From NCBI GenBank assembly GCA_947462765.1, contig CANHQK010000007.1, forward strand, positions 1,438 to 65,437: a stretch of DNA of 64,000 nt. Reading direction: 5' to 3'. Both the position numbers and the translations under genes were made by a program. This stretch comes from Bdellovibrionales bacterium (GTDB taxonomy: Bacteria; Bdellovibrionota; UBA1018; CAIMNF01). Below the pieces are notes generated by a model that had not been told where the DNA came from, searched no databases, and saw only the letters and a program-made list of their open reading frames with translations. Shown here one piece after another: positions 1 to 9,716 of the stretch. The stretch's first letter is position 1; each line of letters opens with the position of its first letter.

Positions 1-42
1 GACCCTGCTCAGCGTAATTTTTGCCCCTCACACCTGAGGGGC

Positions 43-2025
43 ATGAAGGTTGCTTCGTGTCCGGCCGTGCAATTCATCAATCGTCACGAAGCGGGTGTTC
101 TCTTGGCGCGTCAGATTCCTGGCGCTAAATTCGAAAAACAAAAAACGCGGGTGCTCGCGCTCCCACGGGGTGGGGTTCCTGTTGCAGCACCCATTGCCAG
201 GAAACTCAGAGTTCCTTTGGAGCTGTGTTTGGTCCGGAAAATCGGCTCGCCCAGGAATCCGGAGTTCGCAGTCGGGGCGCTCGTGGAGGACGGGACCCTG
301 TTCCTCAATCCGGGATGGGAGGTGGCGATCAGCGCTCCGGAGCTCAGAGATGAGCGTGATCGTGAGAACGCCAGAATTGAAGAGCAAAAAAAGCTTTACC
401 GTTCCGGGGGAGGTTTACCCGATTGTCTCGGTTACACAGTGGTTCTGGTGGATGACGGTATGGCTACGGGCGCGACCATGTGCGCGGCTGTTCGCGCGTT
501 GAAACAACTCGGGGCTCTCGAGGTCGTGGTTGCTGTACCGGTTTGTTCAGATGCGGCGGGCGATGCCGTCCGATCGGAAGGCGCCGGACTGATTGCATTG
601 GTCGAATCGGATCACTTGATGTCGGTCGGACAGTGGTACCGCGACTTCTCGCAAGTCGAGGATGAGGAGGTGGTGTCCCTGCTCGAGTCCGAACCGCCAC
701 CGCCACCCTCGAGCCATCCCGGGAACGGATTGAGGAAGATGGTTCACACCCTGGCCGACCTTCTGCAACCCATGGAGCGGGATGAGGACCTTGCGCCGCT
801 GGTCCATCATTTTCGCGACCGGAAGATCGTCATGCTCGGAGAGAGCACTCATGGAACTTCGGAGTTCTACCGGATTCGTGATCGCTTGACGCGGATCCTG
901 ATCGGCCTGGAGGGGTTCTCATTCGTGGCATTCGAGGGCGACTGGCCCGAACTCGCCCGACTCCACCGCTATGTCCGACAAGGAAAGGGCCGGAGTGCCC
1001 GGGCCGTCATGCAAGGATTCAAGCGTTGGCCGAATTGGATGTGGGCCAACCGCGAGATGGCTGATTTCGTAGAGGGGCTCCGCAATTCGGACGCCTTGAG
1101 GTCTGCGGGAGTCCACGGACTCGACCTCTATTCACTCTTCGAGTCGATGGATCGTGTTTTGGATTATGTGAAATCGGTGAACCCCTTCCTCGCGAATGCA
1201 TTGAAAAGACGCTACGCCTGCTTCGATCCGTATGAGCGCGATGAGATCGCTTACGCCCGTTCGCTCAGGAGGATACCGGAAGGCTGTGCGGCAGAGGCGG
1301 TGGCGAATCTCGAAGATGTGCTCAAAATGCGACTTCAAGACATTGAACGGGACGAGGACTGGTTCGATGCGACCCAGAATGCAAGGATTGTCGTCAATGC
1401 GGAGAACTATTACCGGGCGTTGTTGAACGGGGATGCGGCTTCTTGGAACGTGCGGGACTCCCATATGGTCGACACCCTCGATCTTCTGATCGAAAAGAGC
1501 GAGCAGGACGGGCGGGGAGGAAAGGGGGTGGTCTGGGCGCACAACACTCACGTAGGGGATTATCGTGCGACAGACATGGAGGACGAGGGCTATGTCAATC
1601 TCGGCGGACTTGCACGCAGACTGTATGGAGATTCCGCGGTGGGGCTCATTGGCATCGGAACCTGGTCCGGGAAGACCCTTGCCGCCTCGACCTGGGGAGG
1701 ACGGGAACAGGCGGTCTCCCTGCCTCCCGCCCCTCATGGCACCCTCGAAGCTTGCTTTCACGAGGCGTTGAAGATTCGGAGAATGAGACAAGGGTTCGTC
1801 ATTCCCGGACCCGCGGAGCGCGAAGCGCTTGCAGAGGTGATCGGTCACCGTGCAGTCGGTGTGGTGGCGCCGCCTCATCAGGAGGGACGATCGACCTATG
1901 TGCCCACTTCTTTTTCCCGACGCTACGACGCGTTCATTTTCATCGACGAAACCACCGCGCTGAATTCCTTGCATGCCCCTGTCGGGACCGGATTGTTTCC
2001 CGGAACCTGGCCCGCGGGAACCTGA
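43..2025 (+). CDS. Fusion protein: N-terminal phosphoribosyltransferase-like domain plus C-terminal erythromycin-esterase-family (Ere/ChaN-like) domain
   Basis: 660-aa ORF. N-terminus has a PRTase type-I signature (VVLVDDGMATGATM) and the 'LALPRGGVPVAA' pattern of small predicted PRTases. C-terminal half has Ere-family motifs (VVWAHNTHVGDY, DLYSLFESMDRV). Confidence 0.6.
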   Translation: MKVASCPAVQFINRHEAGVLLARQIPGAKFEKQKTRVLALPRGGVPVAAPIARKLRVPLELCLVRKIGSPRNPEFAVGALVEDGTLFLNPGWEVAISAPELRDERDRENARIEEQKKLYRSGGGLPDCLGYTVVLVDDGMATGATMCAAVRALKQLGALEVVVAVPVCSDAAGDAVRSEGAGLIALVESDHLMSVGQWYRDFSQVEDEEVVSLLESEPPPPPSSHPGNGLRKMVHTLADLLQPMERDEDLAPLVHHFRDRKIVMLGESTHGTSEFYRIRDRLTRILIGLEGFSFVAFEGDWPELARLHRYVRQGKGRSARAVMQGFKRWPNWMWANREMADFVEGLRNSDALRSAGVHGLDLYSLFESMDRVLDYVKSVNPFLANALKRRYACFDPYERDEIAYARSLRRIPEGCAAEAVANLEDVLKMRLQDIERDEDWFDATQNARIVVNAENYYRALLNGDAASWNVRDSHMVDTLDLLIEKSEQDGRGGKGVVWAHNTHVGDYRATDMEDEGYVNLGGLARRLYGDSAVGLIGIGTWSGKTLAASTWGGREQAVSLPPAPHGTLEACFHEALKIRRMRQGFVIPGPAEREALAEVIGHRAVGVVAPPHQEGRSTYVPTSFSRRYDAFIFIDETTALNSLHAPVGTGLFPGTWPAGT

Positions 2026-2923
2026 GGGGCGCCGGATCCCGCAGAATGCCGGGATTGTCCCGGACTGGCGGCTCAAGTCGATTACCCTCGCCGGAGAGCC
2101 CGGCATGGAAACTGCTCTAAGGAGATCACCGGCGCCGAAAGGCGAAGGTAGAAAGGAAGCGACACCCGATTCGAACTCCAGTGGGTGGAAGTCCCATCGC
2201 AGAGGTTGTCCAGTGACTGCGAAGCAGTGTCCGGTTCGGACGGAGGTGACTCCGGGACGGGTCGGCCATCAAAAAGGTCCCGCCGGGTTCCGATGCGGAA
2301 TCCGCAATGCAAACAGGGGATCAGCGCAAGTCCAGGTTGCAGCGTAAGCGAACTTCAAATGAAACCCATCAAGGTCACCCGGTCCCGCAAGGCCGATGTG
2401 ATCAGAAGTGCCGAACGGAGCCTGAAACTCCGTGAAGGCCATACTCCGGATGAGAGGACTGGATGATTGCAGTCCGGAGACTTCAAGATGGCGGATGAAG
2501 GCGACATGGCTTGAAGGAGTGAGAACCAAGGTGCGGAACGACTTGAGGACGGTTTGGGGGGCTTCCCTCCATTCCTATGCTTCAAGCCGGACAGCGAGGT
2601 CGAAAAGCGTCGAGGGCCGGCCCAGCAAAAGCCGGTCGGAGCGAGGACCTCAGGAGCAGTCGGAAAGACAGGGTCGCACTCCCTGATATCAGGAGTGTAG
2701 ACGGAGCGCGCCAACCGTGATGGACCCGGGGTATGCCGGAAGCCGGCTTAAGCCGGGGAAAGTCACGGGAATGCGGTTCCATCGAAATGACCAGCTCCCG
2801 GTGCCGTAACGGGGAAAACCCGATGTGCGGTCGAAAAACAGGCGGGGGGTGGAAACGGCGACGAAAGTCGCACGCGCCACCCCCTTCCCTCCTAGGCTGA
2901 TTCAGGGTAGATTGACCCCACTT

Positions 2924-4480
2924 ATGACTCAGCCTTCCACGACCGTTCTGAAAGAGCGTTCCCGTCTTGCCGAACTTGGCGGGGGACAAGCCCGGATCGA
3001 GAAACAGCACCAATCCGGAAAACTCACCGCCCGGGAACGGATCGATCTCTTACTCGATCCCGGAAGTTTCGTGGAGCTCGACAAATTCGTCACCCACCGC
3101 TGCACAGACTTCGGGATGCAGGACCAGAAGTTTCTCGGGGACGGTGTCGTCACCGGCTACGGAACCATCGCAGGCCGCAAGGTTTGTGTATTCTCCCAAG
3201 ACTTCACTGTTTTCGGAGGTTCTCTTTCGGGTGCCCATGCTGCGAAGATCTGCAAGGTCATGGATCTCGCTCTCAAGACCGGAGTGCCCCTGATCGGTCT
3301 CAATGATTCCGGCGGAGCCCGGATCCAAGAAGGGGTGGAGTCCCTCGGTGGATATGCCGAGATCTTCTGGCGTAACGTCCAGGCCAGCGGGGTGATTCCG
3401 CAAATCAGCCTCATTCTCGGACCCTGTGCCGGCGGCGCCGTTTACTCTCCCGCGATGACCGATTTCATCGCCATGGTCGAGGGCTCATCCTACATGTTTG
3501 TGACGGGTCCCGATGTCATCAAGACCGTCACCCACGAGGAAGTCACCAAAGAAGACCTCGGTGGTGCCGAGACCCATGCCTCCACGAGTGGCGTGTGTCA
3601 GTTGGTTTATCCGGATGAGCGGGCCATGTTCGAGGGTGCGCGCCGTCTACTCGGCTTCCTGCCATCGAACAATCTTGATCCAGCTCCGCGCAAAAAGTCG
3701 AATGACGCGAACGACCGGATCTGTGCGCGTATCCGTGAGGTCCTTCCCGATGTCTCGACCAAACCCTACGACATGAGGAATATCATCGAAGACGTCGTCG
3801 ATTATGGCGAATTCCTCGAAGTGCATGCGACCTATGCTGCCAATATCGTCGTCGGATTCGCCCGTCTCGGCGGTCAGTCGGTCGGGATTGTCGGCAATCA
3901 GCCTGCCCATCTTGCCGGATGTCTCGATATCGCCGCATCATCGAAAGCGGCCCGATTCGTTCGCTTCTGTGATGCCTTCAATATTCCGCTCGTGACTTTC
4001 GTCGATGTCCCCGGGTTTCTTCCCGGTACTGCCCAGGAGTACGGCGGGATCATCCGTCACGGCGCCAAGCTCCTTTATGCTTTTGCCGAGGCGACTGTTC
4101 CGAAGCTCACGGTGATCACCCGCAAGGCCTATGGCGGGGCTTATGATGTGATGGCATCGAAGCACATTCGCGCCGATCTGAATCTGGCCTTTCCCGATGC
4201 CGAGATCGCAGTGATGGGCCCTGAAGGGGCGATCAATATCCTCTACCGCAAGGAAATCCAGGAGGCGGAGTCCAAGGGGACTCTCGAGTCCACTCGCGCA
4301 GGGCTGGTGGCTCACTATAAAGAGACCTTCGCCAATCCTTACAAGGCAGCCGAGCTCGGCTACCTTGACGAGGTGATCGAGCCCGAGCTGACCCGAACCC
4401 GGTTGATCCAGGGCCTGTCATTGTTGGCCGGGAAGCGCGAAGCGGGTCCGAAGCGCAAACACGGCAACATTCCGCTCTGA
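2924..4480 (+). CDS. pccB: Acyl-CoA carboxylase carboxyltransferase subunit (propionyl-CoA carboxylase beta chain / methylmalonyl-CoA carboxyltransferase)
   Basis: Strong family signature in translation ([20 protein letters not shown], two carboxyltransferase halves, ends KRKHGNIPL). Start moved to the internal ATG at 2924 (MTQPSTTV); the upstream 100 nt of the ORF is Arg-rich leader. Confidence 0.9.
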   Translation: MTQPSTTVLKERSRLAELGGGQARIEKQHQSGKLTARERIDLLLDPGSFVELDKFVTHRCTDFGMQDQKFLGDGVVTGYGTIAGRKVCVFSQDFTVFGGSLSGAHAAKICKVMDLALKTGVPLIGLNDSGGARIQEGVESLGGYAEIFWRNVQASGVIPQISLILGPCAGGAVYSPAMTDFIAMVEGSSYMFVTGPDVIKTVTHEEVTKEDLGGAETHASTSGVCQLVYPDERAMFEGARRLLGFLPSNNLDPAPRKKSNDANDRICARIREVLPDVSTKPYDMRNIIEDVVDYGEFLEVHATYAANIVVGFARLGGQSVGIVGNQPAHLAGCLDIAASSKAARFVRFCDAFNIPLVTFVDVPGFLPGTAQEYGGIIRHGAKLLYAFAEATVPKLTVITRKAYGGAYDVMASKHIRADLNLAFPDAEIAVMGPEGAINILYRKEIQEAESKGTLESTRAGLVAHYKETFANPYKAAELGYLDEVIEPELTRTRLIQGLSLLAGKREAGPKRKHGNIPL

Positions 4481-4493
4481 ACGGGAGGCATCG

Positions 4494-6041
4494 ATGAAAT
4501 TCCAGGTAAAACCCAGGGACCCAGTTCTTATTGCCAATCGGGGAGAGATCGCCATCCGGATCGCCCGGACTGCGCGCATGCTCGGATTTCCGACCGTGGC
4601 GGTGTATTCCGAAGCTGACCGGTATTCCGAGCACGTGAAGGCCTGCGACCGTGCGGAGTTCATCGGAGCTCCCGAGCCGAAGTCGAGTTACCTCGTGGCA
4701 GATAAAATCATCGCAGCCGCAAAGAAGCACGGAGCGAAGTACATCCATCCAGGTTACGGATTTCTCTCCGAACGTCCCCACTTTGTTGAAGCAGTGGAAG
4801 CGGCAGGGCTCGTTTTTGTCGGACCTTCGGCCGAATGCATGCGCGTGATGGGTGACAAGATCGAAGCCCGGAGAACCGTGGATCGTCTCGGCGTGCCTCG
4901 AGTGCCCGGCAGCCCCGGTGCGGTGAAGAATGCCGAGGAGGCCCTCGCCTTCGCCGAGAAGGTGAAGTTCCCCGTATTGCTGAAGGCTGCAGCCGGTGGT
5001 GGGGGCAAGGGCATGCGTCGGGTCGACAGCGCTCCTGAGCTGATGGCGGCTTTCGAGTCCGCCTCGCGCGAGGCATTGAGCGCATTCGGCGATGGCTCGA
5101 TGTATGTCGAAAAATACATCCTTGAGCCACACCATGTGGAGATCCAGGTGTTCGGCGACGGCAAGGGCGGAGGCATCCACCTCGGGGAACGCGAGTGTTC
5201 CATTCAACGTCGGCATCAAAAAGTGTGGGAGGAGTCCCCGGCTCCGATTCTCGAGACCCATCCCGAAACCCGCGCCAAGATGTTCGAGTGTGCGGTCAGG
5301 ATCACCCGTGAAATCCGCTATGCGGGAGCTGGAACTTTTGAATTCATCGTCGATGGGGAAGGCGAGTTCTACTTTTTGGAGATGAACACCCGCCTTCAGG
5401 TGGAGCATCCCGTGACCGAGTGGGTGACCGGTCTCGATTTGGTGGGGATGCAATTGTTGCTCGCCTCCGGGGAGCTCGAGCTCCCGAAGCAGGACTCCAT
5501 CACCCGGAACGGTTCCGCCATCGAAGTCCGCATTTATGCCGAGGATCCGGAGACCTTTCTTCCGGCACCCGGGAAAATGGGCCGGATTGTCCAGCCGAAC
5601 GGTCCCTTTCTCCGGTGGGACTCCGCTTTTGAGACCCAAGGAGAAGTGGCGATGTTCTACGATCCGATGATCGCCAAGCTTTCGGTTTGGGGACGCAATC
5701 GCGATGAAGCGGTCGCTCGCATGCGGGTGGCCCTCGATGAATTGTCGATCGAGGCTCCGAAGAGCTCCTCGGGCGAACTCAAGGGTTCTCTCAGAACCAA
5801 TGTCACCTTTCTTCAACGATTGGTCCGGTGTGCCGATGTGATCGCAGGTCGGACCACCACCGACTTGATTCCGCGGAATCCGAATTTGACCCGGCCTCAG
5901 GAAGATGGAGAGACCGACCTGGACACCGCTCTTGCGCTCGCGCTCTTGCGTCTGACCGAAGGGAGCGATTCGGTTGAGCCGGCTTCGGGTGAGGGTTCAG
6001 GAGCCTGGAATATGCGCTCCAAATGGGAGGCGCTCAGATGA
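4494..6041 (+). CDS. accC: Biotin carboxylase subunit of acyl-CoA carboxylase
   Basis: MKFQVKPRDPVLIANRGEIAIRIARTARMLG opening, ATP-grasp motifs and a biotin carboxylase C-terminal domain (MIAKLSVWGRNRDEA). 515 aa with a C-terminal linker. Confidence 0.9.
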   Translation: MKFQVKPRDPVLIANRGEIAIRIARTARMLGFPTVAVYSEADRYSEHVKACDRAEFIGAPEPKSSYLVADKIIAAAKKHGAKYIHPGYGFLSERPHFVEAVEAAGLVFVGPSAECMRVMGDKIEARRTVDRLGVPRVPGSPGAVKNAEEALAFAEKVKFPVLLKAAAGGGGKGMRRVDSAPELMAAFESASREALSAFGDGSMYVEKYILEPHHVEIQVFGDGKGGGIHLGERECSIQRRHQKVWEESPAPILETHPETRAKMFECAVRITREIRYAGAGTFEFIVDGEGEFYFLEMNTRLQVEHPVTEWVTGLDLVGMQLLLASGELELPKQDSITRNGSAIEVRIYAEDPETFLPAPGKMGRIVQPNGPFLRWDSAFETQGEVAMFYDPMIAKLSVWGRNRDEAVARMRVALDELSIEAPKSSSGELKGSLRTNVTFLQRLVRCADVIAGRTTTDLIPRNPNLTRPQEDGETDLDTALALALLRLTEGSDSVEPASGEGSGAWNMRSKWEALR

Positions 6042-6559
6042 TCAAGGGACGCGTCGGTAATTTGAGCTTGGAGTTTTTGGGCAGTCCGACCGGACGATCC
6101 GGGGAGGCGGAACTCCGCCTTGAGAACGGAACCGTAGAGCGAGTCTCCTGGTTGCGTGATGATCAGGGGATCTGGATCGAGACTGCACGGGGATGTTACG
6201 GTTTTGATGTCCGGAAAACCCCGCAGGAGGACGGCCCGCCCAGGTACGAGGTCCTCAATCGACGGAGGGCCCGGGTGGTCTCCGGCTTGGCTTTTTTGCG
6301 AACCGGAGAAACCGTGGATGCGGCGGGCGGCCAGAAAAAGAAAAAAGGCGCTCGCCTCAAGTCCCAGATGCCGGGCAAGATCGTTCGGGTGCTGGTGAAA
6401 GCCGGTGAGCCGGTGAAGAAGGGACAGCCCCTCCTTGTCATGGAAGCCATGAAAATGGAGAACGAGATCAAATCGCCCCAGGATGGTGCTGTTCGTGAAG
6501 TCCGCGTGACAGAAGGTCAGGCGGTCGAGACCGGCGCCGAATTGCTCAGTTTCGTTTGA
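6038..6559 (+). CDS. Biotin carboxyl carrier protein (biotinyl/lipoyl domain)
   Basis: C-terminal biotinylation motif EAMKMENEI. Start is ATGA-overlapped with the accC stop (cagATGAtc), so this is a separate coupled gene, not a frameshift. Confidence 0.8.
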   Translation: MIKGRVGNLSLEFLGSPTGRSGEAELRLENGTVERVSWLRDDQGIWIETARGCYGFDVRKTPQEDGPPRYEVLNRRRARVVSGLAFLRTGETVDAAGGQKKKKGARLKSQMPGKIVRVLVKAGEPVKKGQPLLVMEAMKMENEIKSPQDGAVREVRVTEGQAVETGAELLSFV

Positions 6560-7229
6560 CGTTCGATAGAAGTATTTCGCGGTTCTCGATGACTTGGAAA
6601 CCCGGTACAGGATCGAAGATTTTTGAGACCATGAATCGGGCTAGGGCCTCGGCAGGTGTACCCCTGAGGCGGTGAAGCGGACCCCGAAGGAGGGGCGTGA
6701 GGAGCGGTAAGGTCAATTGTCCCAGTCGCTCAGCCGGGCGAAAATCCTTCCGTGCTCCCAACAGTAACCCAGGTCGGAACACGGTGACTGATGGAATCCC
6801 GATCTCTTTGAGCGCCGCCTCTGTCTCCCCTTTTGTCCGGAGATAGAAGTTGATCGATCCTGGATCTGCACCCGAACTCGAGATCAGGATCAAACGAGGC
6901 ACTCCCCGTTTTTTTGCCCAGTTCGCGAGATCGAGTATGGCGTCGCGATCAATGTCTTGAAACGCCTCGCGGCTTCCCGCTTTTTTGATTGTGGTGCCCA
7001 AGCAACACAGGACGGCATCGCAGGAAAATTCGGGAAGGTGATCGAAACGGGGAAACTCGGGCCGCCAGGGATGCAGATGGAGCCTCGGATGTTCGATCGA
7101 TGGACGCCCCCGCAGGGGAGCGTGGACTTCCCGGAATCGCTGATCAGCCAGGAGGATGCGTAGGACGGCCTGACCGGTCAGACCGCTCCCCCCGACCAAA
7201 AGTACGCGGAGCTCACTGACCGAGAACAT
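6546..7229 (-). CDS. NAD(P)-binding domain protein (atypical SDR / HTATIP2-YraR-like)
   Basis: Rossmann motif VLLVGGSGLTGQAV near the N-terminus. Start chosen at internal Met (MFSVSELR). Confidence 0.6.
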   Translation of the reverse strand: MFSVSELRVLLVGGSGLTGQAVLRILLADQRFREVHAPLRGRPSIEHPRLHLHPWRPEFPRFDHLPEFSCDAVLCCLGTTIKKAGSREAFQDIDRDAILDLANWAKKRGVPRLILISSSGADPGSINFYLRTKGETEAALKEIGIPSVTVFRPGLLLGARKDFRPAERLGQLTLPLLTPLLRGPLHRLRGTPAEALARFMVSKIFDPVPGFQVIENREILLSNVKRN

Positions 7230-8112
7230 CGCTATTGTGGATCGGCACGCCAAGGTTCCTCGGGTGCAGTCGACAAGGATCGGCAGGATGACAGAGGGCA
7301 TGCCGCGCTTGTTCCGCGGCATTTTTCATCAAATCTCCAGTGGCCATCGAAGGCAGGTAGCCTCCCCACTGAATCTCGGACACACATCCTGTACTGGCCC
7401 GGCTGTAAGGATTGAGAGGCCAACCCCCGGACCCGTGCCAGGTCCCTGCTCGGGTCTGGAAATAATAGTCACAGAAGCAGTGTGGGCAATGAGGGCGGGC
7501 ATGGACCAGTCGACAGGAGCCGATTCCGTTTCTCATCAGCACCGAGTTGAGTTCTGAATCGTCCAGCACCAGGGCCTGATCCCGCATGCGCCGATACTCC
7601 GCTTCCGATCCGTCATTCGGACCGAGCGGGAGCTCACGTGCCAAGTCGGGATTGAAACGGGCGCAAGATGCAGGGACCGCCTGAGGAAGGGGTGTCGGGG
7701 TCTGTGCCGGAGGAGAGGGTTGAGGCGTTGGAGTCGGCTTGGGTGCTGAAGGAGAAATGCCCACAGAGCCGCCGTTCTTACACGGCTTGCTCGGATCTTC
7801 CCGATCACGGTCGTTGCAACCCATATCTCTGATACCGCGATCTTCCGGTCCTTTCGGGTCGGTCGAGGCGGGGCTACGCGGAGGCGCTGCGGGCTGTGGT
7901 GCTGGCTGAGCCACAATTGGAAGGGCTGCCGGCTTGGAAGGCTGAGGAGCGGGTGCCCTCGTTCCGGACGAAACCGCCTGACCGCTCTTTTGAACGGAGG
8001 CCTTACCCCGCCTCAGTGACATTCCGTGAGAATCGATGGCCAAAACAGCGAGCAGGATACCGATGATTGTCCCCATAACCCCGAACCTTTCCTCCTGAAC
8101 AGGATAAGACAT
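7213..8112 (-). CDS. Hypothetical membrane-anchored protein with Pro-rich linker and Cys-rich C-terminal domain
   Basis: N-terminal TM helix (GVMGTIIGILLAVLAI), long PxP/TPTP linker and a C-terminal domain with roughly 10 Cys. AT-rich promoter region upstream. No recognisable family. Confidence 0.4.
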   Translation of the reverse strand: MSYPVQEERFGVMGTIIGILLAVLAIDSHGMSLRRGKASVQKSGQAVSSGTRAPAPQPSKPAALPIVAQPAPQPAAPPRSPASTDPKGPEDRGIRDMGCNDRDREDPSKPCKNGGSVGISPSAPKPTPTPQPSPPAQTPTPLPQAVPASCARFNPDLARELPLGPNDGSEAEYRRMRDQALVLDDSELNSVLMRNGIGSCRLVHARPHCPHCFCDYYFQTRAGTWHGSGGWPLNPYSRASTGCVSEIQWGGYLPSMATGDLMKNAAEQARHALCHPADPCRLHPRNLGVPIHNSDVLGQ

Positions 8113-8224
8113 CTGGGGCCGGAACGGGAGTGACGACCCATTAATCCTTGAAAATCTACCGGGGTCATTGAGTTGATAATATTTATTGATTTTTTATGTA
8201 ATTAATCGTAATGTCCGCACCACT

Positions 8225-8617
8225 ATGAAATATAAAACAAATGCTTTCTGGGTTTTTGTAGCCCTTCCCTTGCTCGCCACCGAGGCGAACGCTTATCGAT
8301 TGCAGTGTTCCGGTACCGAGCCCTTTTGGGGCATCCAGGTCGAGGAGAAATCCATCGCTGTGAATCTGGGCGTTGATAAAAGTGTCCGCTATTTTGGACT
8401 GAAAACCCGCGAATCTGCAGGGATGAGTGCGGGTTACTCCTTCAAGATCGAGGCCTCCCGTGGGCGGGGAGCTCAGCGCGTTTCATTGGCCATTCTTCGT
8501 GATTCTGCGGATCAATGCAGTGATGGGATGAGCGACCGGGCCTATCCGTATCATATTCAAGCTGATGTGGACGGCATGCTCCTCACGGGTTGCTGTTCGA
8601 TCAGCGAGACCAAGTGA
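8225..8617 (+). CDS. Small secreted hypothetical protein
   Basis: Signal peptide MKYKTNAFWVFVALPLLATEANA. Divergent from the 7213-8112 gene across an AT-rich spacer. Confidence 0.5.
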   Translation: MKYKTNAFWVFVALPLLATEANAYRLQCSGTEPFWGIQVEEKSIAVNLGVDKSVRYFGLKTRESAGMSAGYSFKIEASRGRGAQRVSLAILRDSADQCSDGMSDRAYPYHIQADVDGMLLTGCCSISETK

Positions 8618-8624
8618 TTCTGAT

Positions 8625-9560
8625 TTATTCTGATTCCTGAAACCGCTCGGTCCCGAACACGGGGATCTGGCGGTTTCCTTTTCTACCGGGATGGAGTTCC
8701 CATTGGTGTGCACAGTTTTTAGAGCAGGTCAGTCCTTTTACCGGACTGGCTGAGCATTCAGGGCAGATCGTCATGGGGTGGTCGCATCTGGCGCACTCGA
8801 TTTTTACGTCTGCCGGCTGTCCGCAATGAGGGCAAAGCGTATAGGTTTTTGATGGTTTCAGGTTCTGGTCCACCGCGACCCGCTGATCAAATACAAAACA
8901 CTCCCCCTCGAATTTTTCATTAGGATGGCGCTCGAGGTAGTTCAGAATCCCTCCTTCGAGTTGATAGACATTCGAATACCCGTCACGCTCGAGGTCGAGA
9001 ATCCCTTTTTCACAGCGGATTCCACCTGTGCAGAATATGAGCATTTTCTGATCTTTTCTGATCCCTTGCTTCTCGATGTAGTCAGGAAAATCAGTGAATT
9101 TTTCGATGTTCGGATTCAGGGCTCCTCGAAAGGTCCCGATCCGGTACTCGTACCAGTTCCGGGTATCGATCAGAACGGCATCTGGTTCCTCCTCTAAGAC
9201 ACGATTCCATTCTTCGGGTGACAGGTGGCGGTTCCTTCCGTTGGGTGGCATCATGCCCGGAATCCCGGTCGTGCAGATCTCCTCGCGCACCTTGACCTTG
9301 TAACGTCGGAAAGGGGGGTGCTCGCTTTCTGAGTCCTTGAAACGGATTCCCGGACAATTGAACCGTTCGATGATCCACTGCTTGAATCGGTTGAGGTTTT
9401 CAACGGAGGGAGAAGAACAGGTGGTGTTGATGCCCTCGGGGCCGAGAATGAGCAAACCTTGGATTCCAAGTTCTTTGGCCCGGTTCTCAATCTCGAGTTT
9501 CAGGGTGTCGAGTCCGGTGAGAGGCATGAAATGGTAAAAGGCTGAAATAGAATGGGGCAT
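8625..9560 (-). CDS. trhO: Rhodanese-domain tRNA U34 hydroxylase (YceA/TrhO family) with C-terminal Cys-rich zinc-ribbon tail
   Basis: SAFYHF...LGPEGIN...CTGGIRCEKG rhodanese active-site loop. C-terminus has CPHCG...CARCDHPMTICPEC. Start set at MPHSISAFYHF. Confidence 0.8.
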   Translation of the reverse strand: MPHSISAFYHFMPLTGLDTLKLEIENRAKELGIQGLLILGPEGINTTCSSPSVENLNRFKQWIIERFNCPGIRFKDSESEHPPFRRYKVKVREEICTTGIPGMMPPNGRNRHLSPEEWNRVLEEEPDAVLIDTRNWYEYRIGTFRGALNPNIEKFTDFPDYIEKQGIRKDQKMLIFCTGGIRCEKGILDLERDGYSNVYQLEGGILNYLERHPNEKFEGECFVFDQRVAVDQNLKPSKTYTLCPHCGQPADVKIECARCDHPMTICPECSASPVKGLTCSKNCAHQWELHPGRKGNRQIPVFGTERFQESE

Positions 9561-9716
9561 GGAACACTCCTCTCCGGGCTCCAAACCCGGTGGTTGGTTT
9601 CAAGCCCTGCAATATGCCGGAGTTTTCTAGGTGGATCCAGGGTTTTTGCGAAATGCCGACCAAAACAGTCTGTCTTAAAGGTCTTCAGTCCTGCCTGAAT
9701 GCCTCCGACACGACAA

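Noticed and set aside
1132-2106. 324-aa ORF on the minus strand inside the PRTase/Ere fusion gene
   Set aside because: It is antisense to a well-supported CDS, Arg/Gly/Pro-rich with no motifs. It is a typical high-GC shadow ORF.
2150-2215. tRNA- or tmRNA-like GGAGTTCGAATC T-loop-like string in the pccB leader
   Set aside because: The flanking bases do not form a 5-bp T-stem or an acceptor stem. No B12-box or other riboswitch core was found. It is kept only as part of the long-leader finding.
4233-5816. 527-aa minus-strand ORF antisense to pccB and accC
   Set aside because: Low-complexity Arg/Gly-rich translation with no domain signatures. The sense strand encodes clear carboxylase motifs.
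6023-6041. Possible frameshifted single pccA (BC+BCCP) pseudogene
   Set aside because: The frames join through a canonical ATGA stop-start overlap with an in-frame ATG. Two coupled genes are more parsimonious than a frameshift, though read-level verification is suggested.
8640-8690. Hairpin AAACCGC...GCGGTTT following the 8225-8617 gene
   Set aside because: It lies inside the 3' coding region of trhO on the opposite strand and has no downstream U-run, so it is not called as a terminator.
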